Shown: piece by piece, positions 28,754 through 40,639 of the stretch
Numbering within the stretch: position 1 is the first letter of the stretch
How the letters are laid out: each line of letters begins with the position of its first letter
Virus record (IMG/VR): IMGVR_UViG_3300006931_000029
Span: 160,955-224,954 of that record
Length of the DNA stretch: 64,000 nucleotides
Reading direction: 5' to 3' (one strand)
Made by a program: the position numbers and the translations under genes
The notes under the pieces: model-generated
What the model was told of the DNA's origin: nothing
The model's input: only the letters and a program-made list of their open reading frames with translations
The model's database searches: none

Positions 28754-30527
28754 GGTACGAACGCCATCGTGTATGTTGCACCGCCTTCGAAGGTGATGGT
28801 TAACCCGTCCTTGGTCCTCAGTGACGACGTCACCTTCACGCCGTACATCGGCGCCAACTCCAGTACCAGCTTCTCGTTTCGTGCCATCATCTCGGGAATT
28901 GTGACCGGGTCGTCGGCCTTCGTCGCTTCGATGTGGCGGTTGACTGCTTCTCGAAGGGCTGTTACGTTTCTCTTCTGTTCGGCATCCATTAGAGAAATGA
29001 GTTGCGAAGGTACAGCTTGCGAAGCTCCTCTGAGCTGGCAACTTTCACGCACGACGGAGGACACTCAGGCGCACTGAGTCCTGCTCGCATCTGGCGACCC
29101 GCCTTACGCGCCGAGGCACGAAAACCTTTTGGCAGTTTTGGCACCTCAACCGTGACAGGTTTTCCATTACGATGCTTGAGCTTGGTGAGTTTGATTTTCA
29201 TGCCAGTTTAGTGTAGATTTCCACTTCCCATCTGTCGATTGATCCCATCGTGACTCGGATCAGGAGCTCGCCGACCTTCTCCTCCACCGTGTCTCCACGG
29301 CCACCATTCATAGCGTCCGTGTATGCCCTAGAACACGCCGACCGAATGGCCCTGATCATAGGCGCAGTGACAACTAGAGTGTGGTTCTCCAGCCTATTGA
29401 ACACCGCCTCAGCGGCTTTCTGGGATGGCGTGGATTGACTTGCTAGGTCCGGCAAAATGATCTTCATGAACGAATGACCATCCCAAAGTTCCTAAAAATG
29501 TAAACAATTTAGTGCCGCACCTGTCGTTTTCTGGCTGCGCGTATCATCTTGTGGGCGTATCCACGCAGCAAGCACGGGACTTTGCTGCCGATGTCCACGA
29601 TGAAGGTGCCAGTGGTGCCAGAACCAGCCGGATCAACGTGCACCTTCCGAACGACTGGAAACTCAGTGTGCACCAGCTTTAGCTGCACGCTCAACGGCCG
29701 TTGCAATGAGGTCAAGGGTATCCGCTCGCTCATTTTGCCAGACGCCGTTGTGCATCACTCTATTTCTCTCACGGTTAGCCAAAGCCCGAAGCTCAACGGC
29801 GAGCGCTACTCGAGGAGCATCAGCTGGGTTGAAGTGGTCGTTGGCCAAGTCACAGATTTCTTTCTTTATGGGCGTGCGGTCCAACGCCGCCTTGACCATG
29901 TCGATCTCTCTGATATACATCTTGATCAGGCGGAGCGCGTCTGTCAAATCGTTTACGACGTACGCACCAAAGGCTCCTGTCGGCCTAGATAATTTCTTGC
30001 GCAGGTCGTCGTACTCTTGTTGCAACCGTTGACAGATGTCTTTCGCCTCGTCCAACGTGATAGTTTCAGGCGAATAGGTCATAGTCCATTTGCGAGAACG
30101 AATTTGTCGACCACGGCTTGGCTGATCGTCTCCTCGTTCATCTGCTGAAGAATGACTTCCACAATCTTGGACGATAACCCTCGGTCACCGTAAATTTTGC
30201 GATAGCGTACCACGTCTGGCATCTTCGAGATGAGATTGCAAACCGAAGCAGGAACGTTGACGTCCGGATTCCCACTGGCTACGATGGCGAAGCCGTGATT
30301 CAAGTCATTCCTCCATCGGTGGGAGGACGTAGGCATCTCAGGTTTCTTCCGATGGTCAACGATCTTGCCGACCTCAATCACTGCCGCACCCTTCATGTGC
30401 TTGATATTTTCCATGGTCCAACCCGGAGGTGGATTGCCCATGAAGATCGCCTCGACCATTTCGGCGGCGGTGTCCGTAACGTGGGCTTCAACCCCACTCG
30501 GTTTGCTAGCGACGAGGATAAACATGA

Positions 30528-30977
30528 CTATTCGAATTCTGAATTTTTACGTTTGCCGTCGTCCCACTTTGTGTGATCCCAACCGTAGTGCTTGCAGATG
30601 AGGACGAGATTGTCTTTGCCGTAGTGCTGGTATTCGCTTAGGTCTGGGAATTTGTCGTCGTCGCCCAGCAACCAAATCCACGCCATGTAGTGTTCCATCG
30701 ATCGCTGAGCCGACAGGCCACGGCAATTGTTCGCCTTATCCCAGGCAAATTCCATGTACTCCTCCATCTTTTTCAAGACGGCTTCGCGTGTCAGTTCGTA
30801 GTGAATCCACTTCTCCTCGGTGTGATCCGGATGAGCAGGTTCCTTGATGAACTGCTTCGCGTATTCCCATGGCAAGTGAGCCATGAAGTCGGAACGTCGG
30901 TAACCGAAGAAGTCTTCAACGCAGCCGTCGAGGCTATAGTTCTTGATCTCTTGGACGATTTCTTCGTAAGTGCGCAT
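30528..30977 (-). CDS. Hypothetical protein
   Basis: YMEFAWDKANNCRGLSA.RSMEHYMAWIWLLGD looks like a conserved phage protein. Confidence 0.65.
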   Translation of the reverse strand: MRTYEEIVQEIKNYSLDGCVEDFFGYRRSDFMAHLPWEYAKQFIKEPAHPDHTEEKWIHYELTREAVLKKMEEYMEFAWDKANNCRGLSAQRSMEHYMAWIWLLGDDDKFPDLSEYQHYGKDNLVLICKHYGWDHTKWDDGKRKNSEFE

Positions 30978-32783
30978 GTGTTATGAATAGACAACGAGGG
31001 CGAACGCCGCCAGACCTACGGCAAGAAGAATGATCATGACGGCGATGAAGAGCTTAACTTCCTGTTTCATGGACGGGCTTCTTTTCCGTCTCCCATTCCG
31101 GTAGACCGTAGAGTCCCTGAGCATTGCGCGTGAGTTTGCCTTCCTTCACCAGTTGATCGAGATTCACCTTGAGATGAGCCATCTCTCGCTCGCGCTTTGT
31201 GGATTTCACGGCTTTGACCACCCGCTGGCAGGAAACTGTTGGCGTCTCAACGCCCGGTTCAAACGCGTGGCCATATCCTCGGACAGTCCTATTCCCTTCG
31301 TCATGGATCGCCATGTGCTGAGACCAGCCGCAGACTTTACACGGGTTCACCTTGTCCCTGGCAGGTACCGAGCTGTTGTTGCGCACGTGCCACTTCTCGT
31401 TGAACCCATTCCAGACGTAACGGTCCCACCAAACGTCAGAGACCCAGCGTCCCTGATACCGGATGAGTCGACCCTTTCGGTCACCGTCAACAACCATGGT
31501 TTTCTTCATCTCGGATGCTTCTTCTCCCACTCCTCAATTTGACTGTCCGGCTTCCAGATTGGGGTTACGTCAGCAACCTTGCGAACGTAGCACGTACTCA
31601 TTCCCTCAGGAACCATGATCAGGGTGAACGACTCCTTGCAAATGCTGCACGCGCTCTTCGCGCCGATCTCTACCTGCTTGCCTTCGTACTCTGCCGCCAC
31701 CGTGGCGGCGCAGCACCGAAAGACGCCACCCTTCTCTATGGCTGTCTTTTCAAGATCGTACGTTTTCGTGTTGGGTGTGCTCATTTGATTGGCTTATATT
31801 CGGCCGACGTTGAAGTCTTTGTCGAACTGTTTCTCGCGGCGCGTGCGGCGATCGCCTTCACGCTTCACCACCTTCATGGCGACCGGCTTCACCTTCAGCA
31901 CAAACGGTTGCTCGCTGTTCATCCTAGGCAGACATGCATGGCAGGAGACAAACACGTTGTTCCTGGCTTCGGCGTTCAGCGACCACAGGTAGACTTCCTT
32001 GGGTGGTTTGCCGCAGATGTAACAGAGAAGTTTGAGCGTCTTCACGGCTTCTTCAGGCACGGGCAATCGGGATGATGAATGATTCCACCGTTGCCGTACA
32101 CGACGAACTTGTGGCCGTCGTGTTCCACGGTAGCCAGCATGAAGACGTATCCGCCGTGTATCGACGCATGAGCGTACGTGGCAGACTCCGGCGGCTTCTC
32201 GACTACGTTCACTTGAGGGGTCTTGTGGTCGTCCGCCAGCTTACTGATAAGGGTGCCAACGCCGAAGATGAAAACCACAGCGGCAGCTCCAAACGCGATA
32301 AAGGTCTTCATGGCAGGTTAATCTGGATGGTGTGAATGATGGCCGCCAGCAGGAACGCTACGGTCCAAGCAATCTTAAATCCGGTGCGACAGGTCTTCAT
32401 GTGAGCGTGAGTCGTTTACGTTTCTTGACCCGCATCCTGACCGGGGCTTCCTGCCTGGGCAACTTCCTGTAGAAATCACCGAGACAGTTGATCGATCCAC
32501 AGGCGCACTCGAACGGAACCAGGATAGCAGGAACGCCTTCACGCTTGCACTGAGCGTGGGCTACCGATTCCTCCCACCGACGCCGGCGCATCCGCCACTG
32601 AGGAAGGAAGACACGGCCACCACGATCCAGGTGCGCCATGTTGTGTACGTGCACTTGAGCTTCCTTGTTCACGGATAGTTGCGGGTCCTCATGGTAAAAC
32701 GATTACATTTCAGGGCAGCCGATGGGCAATGTAAACAATAAAGCGAACGCTTGGACGCACTAAATCGTTGGTGACAGCCCGGC

Positions 32784-34310
32784 TTATTGCCGCTTTGCTG
32801 ACATTTCAGCGAACGTTAGGTCGTCAATCGCATCCTGTGCGGAACTGCTGTACCGACCAGCTACCCGTAGCTCGCCCCGAATACGTTCCAGCTGAGACCG
32901 TGTGAGTTGGAGGGAGATAGATGGCTCTGGCCCCGAATTGGGATCATCGCGCTTGGACGCACCCGCCTCAGCCCATCCACCTTGACCAGCCTTTTCATTC
33001 CACGTAAACCCATGTTCGTCCCTCACTATGGAATCGGGTCCAAATTTACGCTCGGACGCACTTGGTCCGCCTTCACGCTTTCCTTGATCCACTATCTCAC
33101 TATCGCCAGTCTGTCGCTCGTCGCTCACGTGTGGCGCATGGTCGCCTTCAATCGTACCACGCAATGGTGCAGTTGCATTGGCCCGCTTCATCAGCTCCAT
33201 AGCGAGAAGCTTGCTACCATGGCGCTCTATGCCAATAGAAGCGCCCATGAGCAACACATTCTCGATCAGCACCGTTGCCTCCACGTCATTCATCCTGTTC
33301 AGCAGTGGATCATTCTGGACCACCTGACGCGCAATCCGGACCGTCTCATTCACGATGTCTTCCTCGTGTTTACGCAGCAGGTCTCCCTCACGCACCAGCT
33401 CAGCAGCCAACTTGGATTTCTCCTTCAGCGCATCAGCCAGCAGTTTGCTCGAGTGGACTTCCATGGCAATGGAAGCTCCAATGAGCATGGTCGTCTCGCT
33501 CATGACCTTGGCTTCGGGGGATCGGTTCAGCTCCCAATTCTTCATCAGCGAGTTGTCCTGGATGAACAAGGCCGAACACCGTTTGATCTCGTCGATGATC
33601 GCCCGCTCGTCTGCCATCAATTGAGCCAAGCTCGGTTTTCCTTCGCCGTTCAACGCTCTGAGCAGCATGTCCACTTGCTCTCCTCGCAAGGCGTTCTTGC
33701 CGTCTGGGGTGACAATGGCGAACGGTTTTCCGTTGAACCTGAGGCTTGCCCGGTAGCGGCTGTACGTCCACGGGTTGTCACCTTGGAGGTGCATTGGTGG
33801 TTCGGACAGCAGGTCGTTCGCGTCGCCTCCCGCGGCCAGAATCTCGGCCAACGGCGGCATCGCTGCAATGATGTCGCTCGCGGTTTCGAGGTTGGTTCGT
33901 TGGGTCGGAGGTTCGGCTCCGGGGGTATTCGGGCTCGAACCTATAGTAGTTGCGCGCGCGATCGCGGCCCGGAACTGAGCCTCAACACTAGGGACCAGAG
34001 GTTCTGGTAAGGCCAACAACCGCTCTCTCGACAGCTCAACAAACAGATTGTGAGCAAAGTCCGGCAGTATCCCACCAGGTTTGGCCATAGCCGGCTGGTA
34101 GTTCTCGCACCGCATGGAATAGCCATGCTCGTACTTCATGAACTGCAACCATGACGAATCTTCGCCGTGTGGCTTGTGGAAAAGGATGGCGAAGAAGAGG
34201 TCGATGACCGCAGCTTCTGGTGCCAACCCACGCCCGACCGGCGGCGAACCTGGTAAGTCAGTGCAGTCTGCTTGAAAGCCTTGGTCGGACTTGGTGATGG
34301 AAATCTTCAT
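32784..34310 (-). CDS. Mosaic 508-aa protein with a HicB-like N-terminus and an internal duplication
   Basis: FQADCTDLPG...G.APEAAV, plus two copies of (M/L)GASI(A/G)(M/I)E.H.SKLLA. Confidence 0.55.
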   Translation of the reverse strand: MKISITKSDQGFQADCTDLPGSPPVGRGLAPEAAVIDLFFAILFHKPHGEDSSWLQFMKYEHGYSMRCENYQPAMAKPGGILPDFAHNLFVELSRERLLALPEPLVPSVEAQFRAAIARATTIGSSPNTPGAEPPTQRTNLETASDIIAAMPPLAEILAAGGDANDLLSEPPMHLQGDNPWTYSRYRASLRFNGKPFAIVTPDGKNALRGEQVDMLLRALNGEGKPSLAQLMADERAIIDEIKRCSALFIQDNSLMKNWELNRSPEAKVMSETTMLIGASIAMEVHSSKLLADALKEKSKLAAELVREGDLLRKHEEDIVNETVRIARQVVQNDPLLNRMNDVEATVLIENVLLMGASIGIERHGSKLLAMELMKRANATAPLRGTIEGDHAPHVSDERQTGDSEIVDQGKREGGPSASERKFGPDSIVRDEHGFTWNEKAGQGGWAEAGASKRDDPNSGPEPSISLQLTRSQLERIRGELRVAGRYSSSAQDAIDDLTFAEMSAKRQ

Positions 34311-36411
34311 GTGGTTACCGCGGCGGTGATTGGTTTGGCCTGAGGGCGCAATGGCCCGATCCAGAAATAATTCTTGAAGTTTTCGTTGCGCACCGAGTTG
34401 GCGTACGGGTAGTGGAAGGCAAGACCGCCGGTAGTTTCCTTGGTGAGTTCACCGACCACCATCTTGCCGGATTCCTTGTGGATGCACCAATAGAAACCGG
34501 GGATCGTCGGACCAGGACCATTGAATGGTTGGGTGGATGCGCCAGACGGTTGACGTCGAAGGAGGTTGGCTGATTCAATCAGCGCCTTGAATTCGGGTGT
34601 GTAGTCCGGACGGATGCCCTCCTGCACGATGGCAGTGAGAAGCAGATCGACAGCCGATTGATAGGCTTCGATCCGATCGATGAGATTGTCGACTCGTGCT
34701 TTGACGTCGTCGGCGATTTCGCGCGGGACTTCCAGGTAGAGAGCTTGAACAGCTTGTCTAACCGGGTTTATGTGGCGGTCTAGGTGTTGCATGACTGGAA
34801 GGCTTGGACAGGAACGATTCGATGGTGCAGCCTGATCCACCGTTGGATCGCTGCAACCGTTGAAACTCACGCCATTTCCGGCGGAACCTGCTGTGGTTCA
34901 CTGGCGTGAGGAGACTGAGTAAGAGTTGTGACGCGTCCTTGTAGACGTAGAAGTCCTTCAATTCTTTGCCGCTGCACGCGTCTTCGATGCGGCTGAGAGA
35001 TTCTTGAATCGGCGTTTTCATTCTGAGATTTCCACCACCGGTTTCCGCTTGACAAAGTCCTCGATCCCGTTGAACATCCGGTTGGATTGCCTCAGGTCGT
35101 CGTCCTTCTTGAACTCCGCAAACAACCGATCGAACCGCATGCGAGCGTAGTCTGGCATGAGCGCTAGAGCCAAGTGCAGGGCCGACATGACTTCGTAGTA
35201 GTCGTTGTGTTCGGGACCCCGGCAGAATGAGCCAACGACTCTTAAGGAGCGCGCGACGGTCCCGGACTTTGGAAGTTTCGGCGTTGTCAGTGGTTGTGGT
35301 TTGCGTTTCGGCATGGAGGGTCTTTGGCGAGTTCACGCGTGATGTCAGTCATGTCTATCCCATTTGGATAGTTCGGGTGTGGTTTGAAACCGGTGGCAAG
35401 GTCGCGTGCTGTGGCTTCCTTCGGACGCTTTAGCATCTTCCTGGAAACCCAGAGCTGAAACAGCAGAGCTAGGATCAACAGAATCGCGTTGAACCACGTC
35501 GCCCATAGCGGTTCACGACGGAAGAATGCGCCGTAAATCGTCATTGCTGCCGACACGAACATGATGGCGTTAGCGATCGACCACGATCTGTGAGCGGGTG
35601 TCATTGTGGTGGATTCGATGTATTGGGCGTGGTTGAATTCCATCGACCAGTTTGACCGGTTTGCACGGTCTTCTTCACCTTCAAATTCGATCTTCCTTTG
35701 AGGAGGATTGCCCACGCCACCCGCCAAAAGACCTTGAACAAACGCCATCTAGCGCTACGAGTTGTAGCGGTGATGCGATAAAGATTGTGCTCTCCGGTGT
35801 CGACGACCATCTCAGTTTGAATAGAATCCATGCACCGCTCGGCGCTCCTGAACGCGTTGTCGACTTCTCGCATGGCTTTGTCCATGTGTCGAGATACGTC
35901 TTTCCAGTCCTGGTTCATGGCAATAGCCCAAGACGGGCCGGCTTGAATGTTGGAACAATTCCCATGTGGCCAAGAACTTGTCCTGGCCAAACGGAAATGT
36001 AAACATCAAACCTGAACGATTGCTACAAATTTTCCGCCACCAAAATCCAAGACCATCTCGTTGTCCGACTCTTGATCGAATTCACTGGCTTGGTCTGAGG
36101 TAATCAGGTAGACGTAGTAAGAACCGACCATCAAGCAGGTCTTGCCTTGGGCATCAACCAGCGGAAATCCACGCGCGATCTCTCCAAGGATGGGTTTCTC
36201 ACCAGACCGGAACTGCGGTGGCACGGCGTTAGTCTTTCGCATGCCCACCAGTAGTTTGCCAACGTTGGCCTGAAGTGTTTCGCGAATCTTTTCGGCGTGA
36301 GCTTTATCTGGCTGAGGTTCCGTTGGTTGGACGTCGGACGGCTTGACGGCTTCGACCGCAGGTTGAGTAGCCTCAATCGGATTTGTTTTGCGTTTTCTGG
36401 CCATGAGATAA

Positions 36412-37602
36412 CTACCACTCCCGTCGCTGTGCGCGCGGCATACTTTGCCACTCTTTCGCGATCTTCTTAAACTCATTCGCATTTGCCCACCACCAGAAAA
36501 GCGACTGAGCGATAACGGCTACGACGAGATAGGTTACAATCGACCAAGTTGGAGCAGGAACTCGAATGTAATCGAACTTCTTCCAATCCTTGATGACGTA
36601 GTCGGCCTTGATCTCCGCCTCGATGAGCGGCAGCGTTGCTTCAGAGATTCCCTTTTCAAGGATGAGTGATTCGAGTTGGCGTAGACACGTTTTCTTTTCA
36701 GTCCAGCCGAAAGCTCGCACCCATGTCGGCGCTGAATTGAGCCCGCCCCAGCAGATAACGACATCATTCTTCTTTCCACCGATCCACGCAGCTTCTTGCC
36801 ATTGACCAGCCATGCTATCCCGATCCCCGAAGCCAACCAGTATTACGTTCACTTTCTTGGTCGGACCGAGCCTGGCGTTCATCTGGTCGAAGGCGAACAG
36901 GTTGACGAGAGTTGCTGATCCGAGCAATCGATCCGACATGAACGCGTTCTTGTTTTCAGGATAAGGAAAGACCTTAGTTCCAACCGGCACTGGAGAATAC
37001 GAGAACGTGGTTGGAGTCGCCTTGATCCTATTCTCAAATGAGACGAGTTTCGTAACCGGCCAAATGTAGCCGGTTTTGTTGTTCATGACATAGTCGTTCG
37101 GATCGCCACCGATCATCTTCGAGGCATGTTCGCCGGTCGTGCGCTTGCCAGGAACGGCCTTTACGCCACCCCACGTTTTTGCGATCGTGTAATACTCGTC
37201 TTTGCTGATCGAATGGCTCGTGTCGATGTTGCTGTTGACGTGATACTCGTCGTCGTGCCAGCGGCGTTCACTTGACCAGTGGTCGAATACCTGGCGCGTG
37301 CTGTACTCCGGATTGCCCTTCGAATCGGTGCCGGACTGGTAAGTCTCGGTGCGGTAAACAGCTTCCTCGTAGTACTCCTGCCAGCGACCGATGTGGCGAC
37401 CATCCACTAGCTGTCCGCTCCACGTCTCCACGTCTGACGTTTGGCCGAACAACGCCATCGCATGGAAAATTCCGGCCATGGCGAATCCGATCGCCGTGCC
37501 GCCCAACCATTCCTGCCAGACCACCTGCTTGCCGGTGGCCCACAGAAGACCGCCGACAAGAAATGGAATGACAGCGAAGACGTAGAACCAAATGACGTCC
37601 AC
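36412..37602 (-). CDS. Membrane protein with a large extracytoplasmic domain
   Basis: Two N-terminal TM segments and one C-terminal TM segment; WIGGKKNDVV motif. Confidence 0.7.
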   Translation of the reverse strand: MDVIWFYVFAVIPFLVGGLLWATGKQVVWQEWLGGTAIGFAMAGIFHAMALFGQTSDVETWSGQLVDGRHIGRWQEYYEEAVYRTETYQSGTDSKGNPEYSTRQVFDHWSSERRWHDDEYHVNSNIDTSHSISKDEYYTIAKTWGGVKAVPGKRTTGEHASKMIGGDPNDYVMNNKTGYIWPVTKLVSFENRIKATPTTFSYSPVPVGTKVFPYPENKNAFMSDRLLGSATLVNLFAFDQMNARLGPTKKVNVILVGFGDRDSMAGQWQEAAWIGGKKNDVVICWGGLNSAPTWVRAFGWTEKKTCLRQLESLILEKGISEATLPLIEAEIKADYVIKDWKKFDYIRVPAPTWSIVTYLVVAVIAQSLFWWWANANEFKKIAKEWQSMPRAQRREW

Positions 37603-37603
37603 G

Positions 37604-38155
37604 TTATTTCTTCTTGAGGTCGACGTCGTCGTCCTTGCCGGTCTTGAACGCAGTATCGGTTCTAGACGAGGTGACGAGCTTCACGTTGATCTTCTCGAAG
37701 CCGAACATTCGCAACAGGATATTGGAGGGAAAGACGTCGAGCATCGTGTTGTACTCTCGGCCGATGTCGACTAGAGCCACCTGATTTGCTGTCCACTCGT
37801 CGCGAGAACCAGTGATGATGTTTTGCAGATTCTTGAACACCGACGTATCGACCTGAGGAATCGCCTCACGAACGGCATTGATGAACGATCCGCTGTTTCC
37901 ACCGGATCGGGCTTGAGCATAGCCGACAAAGATTTCCTTCAGCGCGTCCTTCTGCGCGTCGGTCACTTGGGCCGACTGGCTGATCTTCTTCCACATGTTG
38001 TCGAAGACCGTCGTATTCGCTTGCTCCTTGGCAGAGATTTGGTTCTTGAGCGACTGAGCCCGGTTGTAAATGCCGACACCCCACATTGCGCCGATGCCAG
38101 CGAACAGAATAAAGCCACCGACGAGGATGGCTCCGATGATTAGGAATTTTTTCAT
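37604..38155 (-). CDS. LemA-like membrane-anchored protein
   Basis: N-terminal TM, YN, coiled coil, REYNTMLDVFPSNILLRMFGF. Confidence 0.65.
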   Translation of the reverse strand: MKKFLIIGAILVGGFILFAGIGAMWGVGIYNRAQSLKNQISAKEQANTTVFDNMWKKISQSAQVTDAQKDALKEIFVGYAQARSGGNSGSFINAVREAIPQVDTSVFKNLQNIITGSRDEWTANQVALVDIGREYNTMLDVFPSNILLRMFGFEKINVKLVTSSRTDTAFKTGKDDDVDLKKK

Positions 38156-38470
38156 GTTTTGTTGGATAAAATCAGCTGAGAGCTTCGATGACGAGAACGG
38201 TTTTGCCGGCTTCGGCAGTTTTGCTCACACCTCGATCTAGTTCGGCAAGGCGCATGTACGACGGACCTTCCCACGAGTAGTAGTAGGCTCCGGTTGCATT
38301 CACCCAATCCAGAATGGCCTTGTTCCAGATGTCGGGATCGATTCCCATCCACTTGTTTTGACCAAACAACGCGTCGAGCAGAGTGCAAACGTGAACGACG
38401 GAGACGCCATCACGGGTTTCTTCAGTCACAGCTTCCACGGTAACCGTATTAACAGAGCTCATTGCCCACG

Positions 38471-38526
38471 ATTCAAACAACTTAAGGGAAAATGTAAACA
38501 AAAATGTTTACGGACTTGGAGGTTCT
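38471..38526. promoter_or_regulatory. Divergent promoter region with an inverted repeat
   Basis: Minus strand: TTTACA-N16-TTGAAT-N8-ATG(38462). GTAAACA-AAAA-TGTTTAC inverted repeat. Plus strand: GTTCT 7 nt before GTG 38534. Confidence 0.65.
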
Positions 38527-38533
38527 TTCTGGC

Positions 38534-38914
38534 GTGCATTTCGTCACCATTTACACTAAGGTTGGCCCGAAGCTATCGAACTGGCTGACGGCGAAAGGTG
38601 TGACCGACGACGAGTGGTTGAAGTGGTGTCTTCGAGACCGAGATTCGAAGGACTTCACCGCAATTGTCGATGAGCTGGAAGAGGCAGCAACAGCTGCCGA
38701 GGTCTTAGTTTCGCCGATCCTTGAGGTGGAACGCTACATCATGGAATCCACGGAGAAAGTCGAACTGCTTATTGAACGCAGAAAGCTGGTATTAACGTCG
38801 AGACCGAAGCACTACGCTAGCTCGGAACTCATTTCGAGATTCATCTCAAAGTGGTTTGAGATTTTGGACAAAGAAGCCGCTAGCGATCTTTCCGCCACAC
38901 GACCCACTTCTTAA
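38534..38914 (+). CDS. Hypothetical protein
   Basis: Plus-strand ORF behind a GTTCT motif. Its 3' end overlaps the sigma-factor gene. Confidence 0.55.
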   Translation: MHFVTIYTKVGPKLSNWLTAKGVTDDEWLKWCLRDRDSKDFTAIVDELEEAATAAEVLVSPILEVERYIMESTEKVELLIERRKLVLTSRPKHYASSELISRFISKWFEILDKEAASDLSATRPTS

Positions 38915-39788
38915 GCTGGTTGATAGCGTCCTGCCGTATCTGACAGATACGCGATTCAGTGACCTTGAACTCCTCAGCTATCTGCCACAGTCGCATGCCC
39001 TCGAAGTAGTTCATCCGCAAGATGGTTTGCCATTGGTCGGGTAACCGGCTGATGTGGGTTTTCAGCAAGCCAACCAGCTCTGCTTCCTGCATTGAGTCTC
39101 TTGCAAGAACGTCCTGGGTGTCTGCCAGAGACTCGTGAAGAGATACGCCGTGTTCCTCACTTTCGCTGATGAAATCGATAGACGTGAACGTTTGAGGACG
39201 GGCTTCTTCGACCATTTTTCTGTACTCGGTTGGCGTCAAGTTCATCTCGGCCATGATCTCGGTCGCCGTCGGGTCTCGTTGCAGTTTTTGCGTCAACGTT
39301 GCGACAACTTCTTTTAGAACCCGGTTTCTAGCTCGAGCTCGACGAGGAACCCAATCCATCCTCCTAAGCTCGTCTAGGATAGCTCCTCGAATTCTCATGG
39401 AAGCGTACCCTTTGAACGAAGAAGCTCTGGCAGCGTCGTACTTCTTCGCTGCCGCCATCAACCCGGTTATTCCTACGCTGTGCAGGTCGTCTGCGTCGAT
39501 GTGTGCAGGAAGATTTAGTTTGATCCGGTCCACGACCTGTCGGACGAGGTACATGTGTTGCACAAGAAAATCTCCGCTAGTTGCCTCCGCGGTTACTTCT
39601 TGCCTCTTCCTCTTAGGTTTAACGATCAGCTCGTGAGGAGCTTGGTTCACCTGCTCCCTAGGAACGACCGGTTGAAAAATGTCAAGGCGGTGCCGAGGCG
39701 CCACCATGATCGGTGGACCGTCGACGACAACTTGAATAATCTCGAAAGCGTCGTCCTCGACTGTGAGTAGGACGAGCGTTGAGTTCAC
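38880..39788 (-). CDS. RNA polymerase sigma factor, FliA/WhiG family
   Basis: DDLHSVGITGL..AAKKYD...FKGYASMRIRGAILDELRRMDWVPR (region 2), region 3, and IAEEFKVTESRICQI (region 4). Confidence 0.9.
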   Translation of the reverse strand: MNSTLVLLTVEDDAFEIIQVVVDGPPIMVAPRHRLDIFQPVVPREQVNQAPHELIVKPKRKRQEVTAEATSGDFLVQHMYLVRQVVDRIKLNLPAHIDADDLHSVGITGLMAAAKKYDAARASSFKGYASMRIRGAILDELRRMDWVPRRARARNRVLKEVVATLTQKLQRDPTATEIMAEMNLTPTEYRKMVEEARPQTFTSIDFISESEEHGVSLHESLADTQDVLARDSMQEAELVGLLKTHISRLPDQWQTILRMNYFEGMRLWQIAEEFKVTESRICQIRQDAINQLKKWVVWRKDR

Positions 39789-40633
39789 GACATGGAGTTG
39801 AGGTCCACGAGTTTTCGCATAACATCCTCCACCGTGTCGCAGTGGATGACGCGATCCTTCGAGGAAAACTTCTTTTGAATCTGTTCGACTTGAAAACGCG
39901 TGATGAGTCCGTCCATAATGACGGCGTAATCGACCACAACGGCAGGAGTGTTTCTGGTATTGGCGTCGCAGAACGTGGCGTCTATTCTCAAGAGGTTTTT
40001 GGACTTCTCTTGCACGATAGACTGAGCTGTCGGTAACAATCCAAGAACCAGCACCCGACGTCGACCATCCTCAGCGGGACTCGGGTCGACGACCGAAGCA
40101 GCCTTGATGACGATCGGCTCCGGCACAGGCGCAACAGCTTCCACTCTGACCACTTCTGGCGGTAACTTTGGAAGGGATGGTAGACCAACGCCGGACTTGA
40201 GCAAGCGGTCCAGGGCAAAGCCGTACAACACCGGCGTAGGAACCTCGGCAAGGATACGTGTGAGGTCCGGCTTTTCTGCCTTTGGCACTCTGAACTCGAT
40301 GACGAACGGCGCGCCTGCTGGTTTAGAAGGAGCAGCCGACACTTCGACTTCGGGCTCAGGAGTCGGTCGCGGTGCGCTGACGGGTGCAGCTCCACCGGCC
40401 ACAGACCTGTCAAAGTAGCGCTTCTCGAACTGCTTTAAGGCCATCTTGATGTCGTTCTGGGCTTCCCAGTTCAACAGAGAAAATGCTTTGATGTCTCGGC
40501 GCCGTTCTGGAGGAAAGGCCTCTTCCATCGCCTTAGTGAGAACCTCGGTGATCGGCGCCATCATATCGCGAATGCGCGCTTCGAGGAATTTCTCAGCTAG
40601 GGCTTTTGTCTCAGCGGGTGTCCATCGGATCAT
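39785..40633 (-). CDS. Hypothetical protein with Pro-rich linkers
   Basis: 282-aa ORF, 4-nt overlap with the sigma-factor gene. Confidence 0.65.
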   Translation of the reverse strand: MIRWTPAETKALAEKFLEARIRDMMAPITEVLTKAMEEAFPPERRRDIKAFSLLNWEAQNDIKMALKQFEKRYFDRSVAGGAAPVSAPRPTPEPEVEVSAAPSKPAGAPFVIEFRVPKAEKPDLTRILAEVPTPVLYGFALDRLLKSGVGLPSLPKLPPEVVRVEAVAPVPEPIVIKAASVVDPSPAEDGRRRVLVLGLLPTAQSIVQEKSKNLLRIDATFCDANTRNTPAVVVDYAVIMDGLITRFQVEQIQKKFSSKDRVIHCDTVEDVMRKLVDLNSMS

Positions 40634-40639
40634 CGTGGC

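Noticed and set aside
32907-34010. Long plus-strand ORFs (also 4427-5092, 44679-45350, 45596-46477, 46780-47556)
   Set aside because: These are antisense shadows of well-supported minus-strand genes, with no motifs or upstream signals.
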